A stretch of DNA of 64,000 nt from Tubulanus polymorphus (lineage: Eukaryota; Animalia; Nemertea): positions 3,596,001 through 3,660,000 of the forward strand of contig NC_134029.1 of assembly GCF_964204645.1 (NCBI RefSeq). The letters run 5' to 3'. A program made the position numbers and the translations under genes. A model generated the notes under the pieces. It ran no database searches. It worked only from the letters and a program-made list of their open reading frames with translations, and was not told the origin of the DNA. Every line of letters begins with the position of its first letter. Within the stretch, counting starts at the first letter, position 1. Positions 52,038 to 64,000 of this stretch are shown one piece after another.

Positions 52038-52789
52038 TAGAAAAAAAAATAATCATGTCCCCAGGGCGCTTCCGTAATTTACACCATGTAATAAAAACAA
52101 TGTTTTTTTCTTTTTCATGCAGCACCGATTTACACGGCCACTAGCCTATGCATACGCGTAGCAGTGTAGTGCAGCGTCCGGTCCCCCACCTACTAGATTT
52201 TCCGATCAAAATTAGACTGCCAGAGGCTGAAACGCAAAAATCGCGTTTATTACAGACGTGTGTGTACGCAGTGGGTTATTGCAACTCGAAATGTATACCT
52301 GTTTATCTGGTAAATGGCGAAGACGCCTGGTCTTGACCAAACAAATCGACCTTTCGCAGAAAACTAACCCTTGTTTTCCGTACTGACGGTTGGCGATAAC
52401 TTCGGCAACGAAATTGCTAAATAAAAATTAATTGAATTTCGATTGATAAATTCTGGACTTTCAGGGGCCGGTCTGCGGCGCTTAGCTAATTACACATCGT
52501 ATCACAATAAAGGACTCGAACAGCATGTATTCAACCTTTAATCCAATCGACACAACTGAATCCAATACTTTTGAACAATACCTATAATTCCTATGAACCT
52601 GACCTAACCACAAACTCCGAGTGCATAGAATTCTAAAACTTTTTTTGCTTTTTAAGAGCCTATTTCGTCAAAAATAGCTGATGGGCTTACAATCAAACTT
52701 ATCTAAGCCGTCAGTGAATATAGATACATATTACATCCTTTGCTTATCCGAATATTTGCGGAAAATAGAATTGTTTAAACTAATGCTCA

Positions 52790-53110
52790 CAAAAAATTAT
52801 TGTGGACCATCAACTCTAGCAAAAACCATAGCAAAATAAGTATTCTGGACGTGGCCACTGGCTCTGAGATATTGGTCGTCGAAGTAAAACTACATTCTCT
52901 TGTCATTGCGATTGCGTCTATCTAACATGAACAAAAATATTACATCTAGTTTTATTTTTCCTAATTCAGTTCAGGAAATTGGGTTTTGCGGGATTGTTTG
53001 ATGGGTTAGACCCCGCTGTAGAATGGGGCAAAAGGTGATTGAGAAGAAACTGTATGAAAACTATTACCTCTATTTCAAACCCCAATGAACCTTGTATTCT
53101 AACTGATGGG
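52790..53110 (+). pseudogene. METTL27-like pseudogene derived from copy 2 (exons 2-3 only)
   Basis: Matches 46270-46632 including the intron, but with a deletion/TAA before ILDVA, motif I altered (ATGSE), frameshifts in exon 3, and exons 4-5 missing. Confidence 0.85.
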
Positions 53111-53789
53111 ATGTATGCCCTTTTAAAAAATGAGTGGATTCTCTCGCTTTCGAACTCGGAACATGTATTGATGTGTGATTTTCTTCGAGCTCTGTGGCCT
53201 TAATATTCTCTTCGATTTTTACCCTGCAAAACTAGTAGGTTTGTACTATTTACCTGTACGAAGCACAATGAAAATGAAAACCTGTTCTCTACCAAAGCCG
53301 TCGAGACCTATTCTTCGCTGAAAAAAAATGAGAATTGTACATATAAGATTTGTATCTATGTCAATCCAAAAAGTTTTGTATAAACATGTACAAAGCTTGT
53401 ATTTAATACGTTACGATTCAAGACCGGGTCAAGTCAATTGGTTGTTCGGTTGCAGTATTTCCAAGTAACGATGGACAGTGCAGTATTCTTTCCTACCACT
53501 CTGCTCGTTCATCCTTCAATACTTATCAATGACAACTAAAACGTAGGCATAAACGAGAATCCTGCTTAACATATATTTATCCCGGGCAATCAGCTGGTGC
53601 AAAACCTGTGTCGAGGGTATAATGAAATAAATGCGACCCGGTTCACTTATTTGCTGTCTGTTCCTGCAGTAGTAAGAACCCCAGTTTTAGCGCTCTCTGG
53701 CCCGGCATAATCTCCACTCCGTTCGTCAAAATTGACTATTCTAAGGGGAGGTGAAAAAAGCTTTGTCCGTATCATACTCGATATTCGAA

Positions 53790-55312
53790 ATGAGCTTACA
53801 GTCGGAAACGGTGGATAATTATGAGGTGTTGTTGAAATCACCTTCGCCTCTGGATGTGGTCGACTTTTACAACAAATGGACCGGTTATGACGAGGTACGT
53901 ACATGACGAAAATTCTACAATCAATTCTAGTGGAGTCTAATGATAATTAAAAAAAATCCCCCATCTGGATCGTAATCTCAAACTCTAGCGATTAAACATC
54001 AGTCGTCAAGAAAGATATTAAAAGAATTCGAACGCAGGCCTAAGTTGGGAATATGGATTTTACGACGATATTCTAAGATTAATCGAATTCGCAATTTTTC
54101 TGAAACGCGATAGAAATATGCGGTCCTTGCTTTATCATCGTCGCTGCTGTCAATTTTTGCGTTCGAAAAACCTGAGAATGACGAGCAAAAATCTGTTTTT
54201 CATTTCTTTTGATGCAAAAATCAAGTTTATCAAGCTAGGGACTGAAGAGCTGATTGATATTCGATCAAAACTTATGTTTCGAAAGAGAGCGAAAATTATC
54301 GCAAAGATCGTTATTTGGAAAGTTACACCCGACTCGATATTGAAATAGAATAACATATGATTCTGTATTGTAGGATCTAAGTCCCGTGCACTATCGTGGA
54401 CCGCCCGTGCTGGCAACAACGATTCTAAAATATGTATCCGATAAAATCGTGCATATACTCGACGTGGCTGCTGGATCCGGCTTCTTAGCTTTAGAGGTAT
54501 AAATGATAGTTCGTGTTCTCCAGAGTAACACATTTCTATGTTATCAGTAAAAATTGAAATGTATATACGTAATATTCGACAGTTAGAAAAGCTTGGTTAT
54601 AAGGGATCGATGGATGGATTGGATCCCGCGACAGAGTTTGCAAAACAAGCCATTGAAACTGGACGGTATAAAGACTTCTACTACGATTTCATCACTGAGA
54701 AACCATGTAGTATAGCCGAAGGTGAATATCGTCAATGGGTTGGGTAACTTCTGGATGATCTTACGCATAGATTATTAAATGTTATTCGTATTCATTTTCT
54801 AGGTTCCTTTGATCACGTGGCCTGTTGCGGTGGACTGATCCCCGGTCATATCCACTTTACCGGAATCCGTGAAATGTTGCGGTTATGTAAAAAAGGTTTG
54901 AACTATTTTTAGGTTTTCGGTTGCAAATTGTTGGAATTCGATCCTCAAACTGATTTTGAATTCAAATCTATCTCAATTATCGTCATTAGTGACCTGTTTA
55001 TAATGACATTAAACCGATGAATATCTATTTTTACATATTTTTACATATTTTTACATATGAGTATAATTAGATAAGTTAATTAGATAAGTTGGCCTACATC
55101 AATATTTCATAGATTTTTTACTTCTTGCAGGCGGTTATGTATTCATTGCCATGCGACACGATTTCATAAACGAGGGAGAACAGCTGTCTGGACTTGACGA
55201 TTATGTGAAAGATCTAATCAGCTCCGGGATCTGTAACATTGTTGAACGGTTTGTGTTCGAACGATATTTCTATGAAAATGAAGGACTCGTTATAGTTTTG
55301 AAAAAGAACTAG
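53790..55312 (+). CDS. METTL27-like methyltransferase, copy 4 (recent duplicate of copy 3)
   Basis: Exons about 53790-53894, 54374-54496, 54583-54721, 54803-54895, 55131-55312; near-identical to copy 3. Confidence 0.88.
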
Positions 55313-56713
55313 ACGAGAGAAATATTTCAGTAGATAATAAGTATATTTTTCATGATATAAAATATCATTGTATGTGAATAGAGTAGACTCTTATAGTCTT
55401 GAAAAAGTGCGAGAAATATTTTGATAAATTTTGGAATTACGTATGTGTATATTTTCCATGACCTAGACTCCTCGTTTATCGATCAAATCGGTGAATTCTA
55501 CCAATATCTAAATGTAAAACTTTCAATTTCCCCAATTCTCAGCTCGTTATCCGGCCAACTCGTTGAAATATTTACACTACCAACGCCATACCGAGTATGT
55601 CTACTGTATGTTTATGGAAACTGCTTATAGTCTGATTTCAATTTGTTAAGAATGAATTATTTTCATTCATGTATCAAGTTTTAACTTACCTATTAATCTA
55701 TTATTTATTGATATAAATATTTTATCTACTCTTTTGGAGTACATGTATATGGTTGATATAATTATCATGTTTATTGTCGGCAGGACCACGGTATAAGTAC
55801 ATGACGGTGGCCTCTGGTGATAGGATTAAACTTCGTGTCATTCTAATTCGACAGTTAACCTCGCCTAACGCGGCAAACCTTTGGACCTTTGACTAATTTG
55901 GACAAAAACGAAATCATTTTCTGACTTCCAAACGTATCTTTCTTAATTAACTTGGACTTTGTTTCGCTCAAACCAATTGTGTCGGTCCCAGTCTGTCCCA
56001 GTTCGGCGTCTGTGTTGAAGTTCGCTGTACTTCAATTTATCAATAAAATATCATAATCAAATTCTCTATTTAGCGAGTTGTAGGTATTTCATTTGCTTTT
56101 ATTTTATTCAATCAACTTACGATATATCAGAGATATCATTAAAATATGATATACCAGAGTGAACCATGAAATTGACCACTTTGAATTTTTCGATTTTAAA
56201 AGATTCGACGCTTGTTTCCAGACGAGAAACAATTGAACTTATCTCCACCATATCGAGATATATCATCTGACACATAAAATGACAATTTATTGATTTATCC
56301 GGCTTCGAAGACATGAAATCAGTTTGAAACGATTTTTCTTAACTTCTGATTTCGTAATCACTTTGTAAAAGGTCTATTTGCTAGACTGAGAAAAAAACAA
56401 AATATTTCGACCCGTCCTGACCTGACCAGACAACCATGATTACACCATGATGATCAGGTCCTTACCAATGTATTGTATTACGTGGACATTGATCTTGTAA
56501 GGTAGTCATTATTTTCCACCACCCATGAGACGGCAGACAAATTCTCGAAACCCTAGAACATGTGACTGACGTAATCTTAAAATAATCAGATCGAAGTTTG
56601 CCATAGTTCGATAAGCCGCCTGTATATAAGCTACGTATTTTTGAATAATTCATAATTGTCACGATCTAGTCTCATTCTGGTTGCTTATTTGCTTTCGAAA
56701 CATTTCATCAACG

Positions 56714-58033
56714 ATGGCTGAACTTCTTTCGAATAAACTTGATGACTTCATGAACGAAACTCATGTTTTACCGAAACATGACATCATTAATATGTACAAC
56801 CAATGGACCACGACGTATGAAAAGGTAAGTAAATGACGACGTTTAACAATGGTTTTTTATTTCGGTCCGTTTCGGTTTCATCGGTACTTATACGTTAAGT
56901 AGTTCGTTCTGTGAAACGGACTCGATATAACTATTTGTTTTCGATTTATTCAGGAAGTCGGAGAGAATTACGAAGCACCTAACCGCTTGGCAGAAAGTGT
57001 CTGCAGACATGTCCACAATAAGAAAGCATCATTTCTGGATGTCGGAGCGGGCACCGGTCTCTTTGCTGAGGCGGTAAGTTCCTCGCTTTGAATTTGCTTT
57101 TGTTTAAGGTTTTCGTATTAAACACGGAAACATACATGCGTAAAACCTGATGCCTACAAGATTTTAAGTTTAGATTTAGTGTTTTTAGGAGCTAAACAAA
57201 TAACACTCGAAATGCTTCCGTTACAATACTCGGTTGTTGTAAAGACCGTACAAATATTTTTGCAGCTTCTCAAGGCTGGATTCAACGGCCATTTCGACGG
57301 GTTAGACCCAGCGACCGGATTTGCCGCTAAAGCAAAAGAAAGGAAACTTTATTATAACTTCTATCACGAATTCATCACTGAAGAACCTTGCAGTATTCCA
57401 ACAGGTCAGTTATGCATCCGAGAATAAAACTTAATGCGATCGTTTTTATTTTATATATTCATATTTACATCAAAAGTGATATCAATTTGATTTTCAGAAA
57501 CATACGACAATATCGCAGTATGCGGAGCTATAGTACCTGGCCATATTCATTACAACGCTATCGTAGAGCTTCTGCGTATGATTAAGAAAGGTAATTATCC
57601 AATCATATATGTATTCTTCTGGTTTTTCAAAAACTAGATAATTCGATTCAGACACGACGTTACTGCCACGAGGCGCATTGACCGAAAGGTTTAGACAGGC
57701 TTGGCGCAATCTTAAGGTTCAAATCCTTATGGTTTCTTGATATCTTCGATGGTTTTTCTCTTTTTGGAGAGAATATTTCAACTGTCCGACGTTGGACGGT
57801 TCAATTAAGGTCATCTATTGAGGTTGAAATTTTTTAAAAATGAATCCGTTTTTTCAGGTGGTCACATTTTCATCGCGATGCGCGAAGAATATACGAAAAC
57901 GAAGTTCTCGGGAATGGACGAATTTTTAGCCGATCTTGAAAATGCTGGAAAGTGCAAAGTTGTCGAACGATCAACATACACAAATCATTACATCCACTAC
58001 AACGGATTATTACTGGTCATTCAGAAATATTAA
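56714..58033 (+). CDS. METTL27-like methyltransferase, copy 5 (most divergent)
   Basis: Exons about 56714-56824, 56954-57073, 57266-57404, 57498-57590, 57858-58033; YNQW..YEK, FLDVGAGTG, FDGLDP, GAIVPGHI; TATATAA near 56623. Confidence 0.88.
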
Positions 58034-58773
58034 AAACTTAATCGGACGAAGAATTAATGCAAAGGATTATCGTGTATCACTGTAAAGAGTTTTTGATCGC
58101 CATTCGAATGTAAAAAGTTGGAACAACGAAGTAAAAATGTATATATGTAATCGCTCCATATATTATTACAAGAATACGTCTTTATTAATGTCACTATGTC
58201 AATTTATCTGCGGTTGGTTTTTATGCGGGACTATGTCGCGAGTTCAAAAAAAATTGGTGAACAATAAATATAGAACGGGTTTTGACGCTATTTATCGAAA
58301 AAAGGTTCGATGTAATATAAATAACAATGACGACGAACAATCCAATAGAATAGATGTTCATATTATGTAAATAGCCAAATGAAGAAAATGTCTAGGCTTG
58401 TTGTAAACTGTCTACATGTTTGAGACAGTATTAATGTTTTTATAGTTTGAATAAATGATCGTTTTATTGTCATTTGAAATTCATCATCGTTAATTCATCA
58501 GTAATGAAGCCGGGCAAACATCTACATGCGCAACATAGAGGACACTACAAGGACCGAATTGCGCCATGCTCCTAAGCGCAGCGCGCTCAAGGAATTGTAT
58601 CTGCAGCATTTATAAGCGATAAGCGAAACCTGCTGTTGGTGATATAAACGTTTATTAGAGGTTCAAAACCTCATCTTATATCATCAACTGTTGGTTTCGC
58701 TTTGAACATAAAAAAAACTGAGCATATATCAGTCTACCAGTCATTTACAAGCACTTATCGTCACCCGTGTCAA

Positions 58774-58884
58774 ATTGAATATAAAACAATTCTTCAGTTG
58801 CTGTTATTTCTCCATTGAAAGGTACCGTGCCATATTGAATATAAAACAATTCTTCAGTTGCTGTTATTTCTCCATTGAAAGGTA
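58774..58884. repeat. Tandem repeat with 60-bp period, about 2 copies
   Basis: ATTGAATATAAAACAATTCTTCAGTTGCTGTTATTTCTCCATTGAAAGGTA at 58774 and 58834. Confidence 0.85.
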
Positions 58885-59642
58885 TCCGAAGTGAGCTTTT
58901 TGCACGGGGAGATAATGATTTCATCAATTCTAGTTTAATTCCATATAATACAGAAATTGACACACATGTAACATATATTCAATTTTCGTAAACCCTATAA
59001 TACGTTCAGTCAAATGAACAGTAAATACTTTTTGATTAATTACATACATAACACATTTTTGATAACACGGTTACGAGTTATCAACGATTGATCCGCTAGC
59101 CAAGAAAACTCGTTTATTCCGGCTCGGAATTAACCTCAACGTTCGAGAACGTACTTTGCGCTGCGTCGAAGATTATCAAACATATTAGATATTTGGCGAA
59201 TACGCTGGACAAAATACGCTGGACTAAACGCTCTCACAAGCCGAATTTGGTGTCATGCACTTAGCTTACACACAGACAAGTCAACATCTCTATATACATG
59301 CGGCAGACATAAACCCCACAAATTCCAACTTTTTCATTTCATACGAGATTAAACATAAAACATTATAGACTACGGTTGAATATCGGAACCAAAATGGATT
59401 GAATTAATTTCATCATCATTTGCCAATTCAATATCATTTTTTATTCATAACACCACCCGACGTTTTCAAAGCGGAATTAATGAAATCCACGCGACAGATG
59501 TAGCATACTTATGCAGATCCATTATCAACCTATTTTATCAAAATATAAGCATCTATTTGTATGCAGTGTATATATTGAAGTTAGCATTTGGCACGGTAAT
59601 CTAAAAAGATACAGAAATACAAGAAATAAATACAGGACAAAA

Positions 59643-62600
59643 ATGGAATTCAACGCGTACATATCAATACTTTTACTATTTGAATTGTTTTGGATTGTTA
59701 ACTCGGCTATTTGGAGGGATAAATGGGGCAATGCCTATGAAGAAATCGGATGCACTCCTGGATCCTCGACGATCACATTGCAAATAGGTAACAATATAAT
59801 GTCGTGCTCCAGAATTCGGATCCAATGTAACGTATTTCGAAATATATGCGGGAATACGTATTCATTCAATTCCATTTCATCATATCAAATCATTATTTAC
59901 CACCGAAGAAGGCCTTAGGTCTATATACGGACAGCCTCTTAGTTTTGATTTCATTTCGGTAAATCTTTCGAATTCCTAAAATGCACGTGTATATATTACT
60001 TTGTCAGGCGTGGTCAGTACAAATCACCACGGCGATGATGAATATCTTCACGTATTGAAACGGGCGGATGATGTGCTTTCACAAGATCACATAGGAAATC
60101 TCATTCACGGAGTCATGTCGAAAAAGTTCTTCACGTGTTACACATTCAATCTATCTGAAATACTAGTACCGGCTGAGTATTCGCAGTATGTGACTGAAAC
60201 GGGTAAAACTACAAGAAAAATCACAATCAACAAATCTAAAAAAGATGAAATTCCTTAAGATCTTTATCGTCTCGATAATCAAGGCAATTATTCCACTTAG
60301 TTACATTTTGAAGTAATCTTACAATCGATTCGATTCGTCTGATTGGTATGGTATAAACTTTGCATTCAAAGAGATCAGCTTCTGTTAGCCTTTATCACGA
60401 AACTGCTTTGTTATTTTAAGCTTACAATTGGTTCATGGACGGAAAGAAATTGGAATCCTTTCATTTTCTCATCGGATCCTTCGTGAAATCTGTAGCAGTT
60501 ATGACGTCAGCTGCCAATCTGCCATACTACGTCATCACTCCTTTGCCTACATCGGGAAAGGAACAACACTTCGAATTTGAACGGAAGGCCGGGCTGTTAA
60601 AAGGTCCCATCTTGAATATGCAGCCATTCTATTCATCTACTGTAGCTCTGACGATTAGTGACTATGTTCGCGCAACGAAGAGAAATCGCATATTATTGCT
60701 TTATGATATCGCATACATGACAGGTTGGTTTAATGCGTGAGTTTCTAATCAAATCGTTTGGAAAAACGCGTATATTATTTTACATTATTCATTATATATA
60801 AATGAGTTTGATAATGACGACAGGAAATATGTTGCGTATGCAATTTTCTAAATCAATTAAGTGAGAATATTGTTTTTTCTAATCACCAGACACGGCGGCA
60901 ATCGATAATCAGTTACACGGAGGCAATATAGAATTCACGTTACATTTTGCGTTGCGTAAGCCTATGTATGACGTACGCTATAATCACGTGCCAGGGACGC
61001 ATCACGAATCTGTGCAGGAGATTGCCTACACTATTTTCATGCACGACATCAATACTGTGATTTTCTTTTTTCACGCCAAAAACAGATGGAGCAACTACGA
61101 ACGAGTAGGTATAGATCCCGGTTGCTAACATCTGTGTTTGTGTGAACATGCCAATATTTTGGCACAATAAGGGGCACTTTTCCGAAATTTCTGGGGGTAA
61201 TTGCCCCCTGCCCCTTCTAAATACGACCCTGCATACCCCATACTCGAGATAAATTTTCACGAAAATACCCCTTGTTTCATGACAGCTCGCCTACTTATTT
61301 CCGCCGCCTGATTCTTTTTTTCAGTTGGTCCATGAGATCGAAACAGATGAGAAACACATTACTTGGATTTGCGGTACATTTGTGAGTTCAAGCGATATTC
61401 CTTATAACGTCTGGCCACATAAATTTCTTTTTTTATAGTTTGTTGCTTTAATTTTTGCAAGAGAGAGATGTTGATCCGTCGAATAATCACCAATTTGGCA
61501 TAGTTTTCAATCTAGTTTATTTTCTGGCAAATTGTCAATTAAAACTGAAATGAAACAATAATAACAATAACAATCTCACCTCTGAATTGGATTTCTTGGC
61601 CGATCGTCAACATGAAAAGGTCAGATTGCGTCGTTTTGTCACCGTATCTCGTATCTATATCTAAGATTACATTTTATTTTAAGTCACACGTTCGAGTAAA
61701 CAAATAAACCATTCACATATTTTCCAGATGGATTTTGCCGAAAAACCAATGACCTATGGGATGGCGTTGAAGCTTTTTACCCCTCTGATAATGCTACCCT
61801 CGACTATGTCTCAGAAACGGCTTTACAAACCGCTGAAGCAGTCAGCCGTCGATATGTACTTACTTCATTTCGGCGCAATGTTACGCATGCAGTTGAAAAC
61901 TTTCGATTTAGAAAAATTCGATACATTGAGATTCTACGAGAAAATGAAATCGGTGAATATAGCGTGTAAAAATCTTCAAGAGATTGAAGTCAATTGAACA
62001 CAAAACCAATCGTTTTGTTCGTTTAAGGCTCATTTAGATTACGTAACAAATGGAATGGTTATGTGTAATCGGTCTAATCCTACTGGAAAAATGACGATGT
62101 TCAAACTTTCAATGCATGTTGAATACGACACATTCGGCATACGACGAAATGCTTACATCACTATTAGAGATTACGATGATCTGACCAGGGTATGATAATA
62201 AGAATTTTAAAAATTAGAGAATATTATTTTTCTGATTTGACAATGCTTGTCTAAAAATCAAGTTGCGTTATAGGTCATGTGGCTATATGCCAATCTCTGC
62301 AACCGATTTTACCGCTGGTTTGAGCTGGTTAGTGTTATCTACGAGCAATTATCTAACTATCTAGTTAGATAATTGCTCGTAGGTGTTATCTATGCATGAC
62401 TTATGACATGATCTACTACCCTCGATTAATTACCCGTCTTTCAGGTTCGTTATTGGTACGCGAATGGACCCACCCCTGAAACAAGAATAACGCCGAGAAA
62501 AAATATCTGCAACATTTCCTACACTTTACCACCGACCAAAGTACTCGTAGTAATAGTGAGTGAAATATCCAAGAAATTATTCATTGAGACAATATTTAAG

Positions 62601-64000
62601 GCTATCATAAAAACCCCTAAACTAGTGATTCAATGATAACTATAAGCTCTGTCTGTGATCCTGACGTTTCATCCCTTCTTCAGAGTTTATTCAAAATGAC
62701 AGTAGATAGATACAGATAGTAAGTTTGATAAGCCGCACTGGTAAGCTCTCCTGAAGGGAGATTGATAGAGGTCAGGATCACAGAACTTATATTTATTCAC
62801 TAGGGTTTTTAAGACTGCGACTAAAATCTAAATTAAAACTTCGATACTTAAGCCTGATTTTTACCAAATATTTTGAGCAGGACGAACCATTTGTTTATAT
62901 GCTGGACGATGAATTTGGTAGGTTGAAGGGAAACGATAGATTCAGCGGCATATTTGTCGAGTATTTTGAGTTGGTGGCTGAACATGTTCGTAAAAACTAC
63001 GGCTTGAAATTTCATTACGAGTTGGTGCACAAACCGGGCCTCGATTACGGACGATACGAGAACGGGACGTGGAACGGTGCCGTTGGTGAAATACTATCCG
63101 GTAGATATGAGGTAATGAGCATGAAATGGGTGTTGTTTTCCATTGAAGAAAAACCCACAGTACGAAGTGAGCTAAAAGAGGGCGTTTCGACTCAAATGCT
63201 ATGAGCTTTTGTTAAAATGGCTCTAAAATGGCTCGTGGCGTTCGAGTCGAATCGTCAAAATCCTCGAATAGTTTTACTTCGTATTGGAGGTTTTTTCTTC
63301 AGTTGAATAAGAAATTCGCGTGACTGTGGAAGCCAACACTTTCCCTCAATCTCCCATGAATAGTAAAACGATGGCACTAGTAGTTCACTTATGTAATGAT
63401 GTAAGACTTCGATACGCGAACGGAAATGCTGTAAAACGATACTGCAATCTGCAAAAGAATTTCTACTCGTTAATAGTGAATATTCAAATCAACATCTATG
63501 TTGATTATGGATATTGTATTATGTAATTATGTAATTAAGTTTTAGCGGAGACGCAGAACCGACTTGATTTGAATACGAATATTTTGTGTTTTGATTGTTT
63601 CAGATAGTATTAGCGGCTATAAGTAAAACATATTCGCGAATGGAAGTGATATCGTTCACGCCTGGAATTGTGAGCGACGGTTTAACGTTCATTTACCGAC
63701 CGCATCACGAAGCAACGAACTTCTACTATTCGTTCTTGAAACCACTCGGATATTTCGCCTGGCTCGTCGTCATTTCCGGCATCGCGTTGACCGCATTTAC
63801 GCTACGCATATTCTATAAACTGAATCCAACTCACGAAGAAATCGACGCCGAGCATCATTTTACGATGCGATACTGTTTATGGTACGGCTACACGACGTCT
63901 TTGCGGTTGGGTGCCCCGATGACGCCGACCACTGTCCCGATGCGCTTGTTCACCTTTTTCGTAATGTTTTTCGCTATGGTTGTCATAAGTTCGTACACGG
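59643..64000 (+). CDS. Divergent ionotropic glutamate receptor family protein, 3'-truncated by the window
   Basis: Signal peptide exon 59643-59787, several ATD-region exons (about 60008-62556), S1 exon 62881-63111 (DEPFV..NDRFSGIFVE..YG..NGTWNGAVGEILSG), exon 63604->64000 (ISKTYSRMEVISFT, SFLKPL..W M1, LWYGYTTSLRLG pore, M3 VVISSYT). Confidence 0.9.
62339..62382. repeat. Perfect 21-bp-arm hairpin in an iGluR intron
   Basis: CTACGAGCAATTATCTAACTA-TC-TAGTTAGATAATTGCTCGTAG. Confidence 0.85.
62608..62811. mobile_element. Probable MITE in an iGluR intron
   Basis: Imperfect inverted ends TAAAAACCC..CTAGTGA..TATAAG..CTGTGATCCTGAC / GTCAGGATCACAG..CTTATA..TCACTAGGGTTTTTA. Confidence 0.55.

Overview
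AT-rich, intron-rich animal genomic DNA (probably a lophotrochozoan invertebrate; this is inference), not prokaryotic, so the ORF track mostly shows exon fragments and noise. I reconstructed spliced genes by hand from GT-AG junctions, reading frame and family motifs. Left to right: SCAMP (+, 5'-truncated by the window), RPL36 (-), BLM RecQ helicase (+), nocturnin (+), a tetraspanin (-), a tandem array of five intact METTL27/WBSCR27-like methyltransferases plus one pseudogene (+), and a 3'-truncated divergent ionotropic glutamate receptor (+). Many MITEs, a LINE RT remnant, a tRNA-derived SINE head and microsatellites are interspersed. Most interesting: (1) an intronless 99-aa helical/acidic gene with its own TATA box nested on the same strand in a BLM intron; (2) SCAMP has duplicated, mutually exclusive TM4 exons and a candidate internal first exon giving an NPF-less isoform; (3) the tetraspanin has duplicated alternative last exons; (4) the receptor has a genome-encoded Arg at the Q/R site; (5) birth-and-death evolution in the methyltransferase array. 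Exon coordinates are manual and may be off by a few bases.
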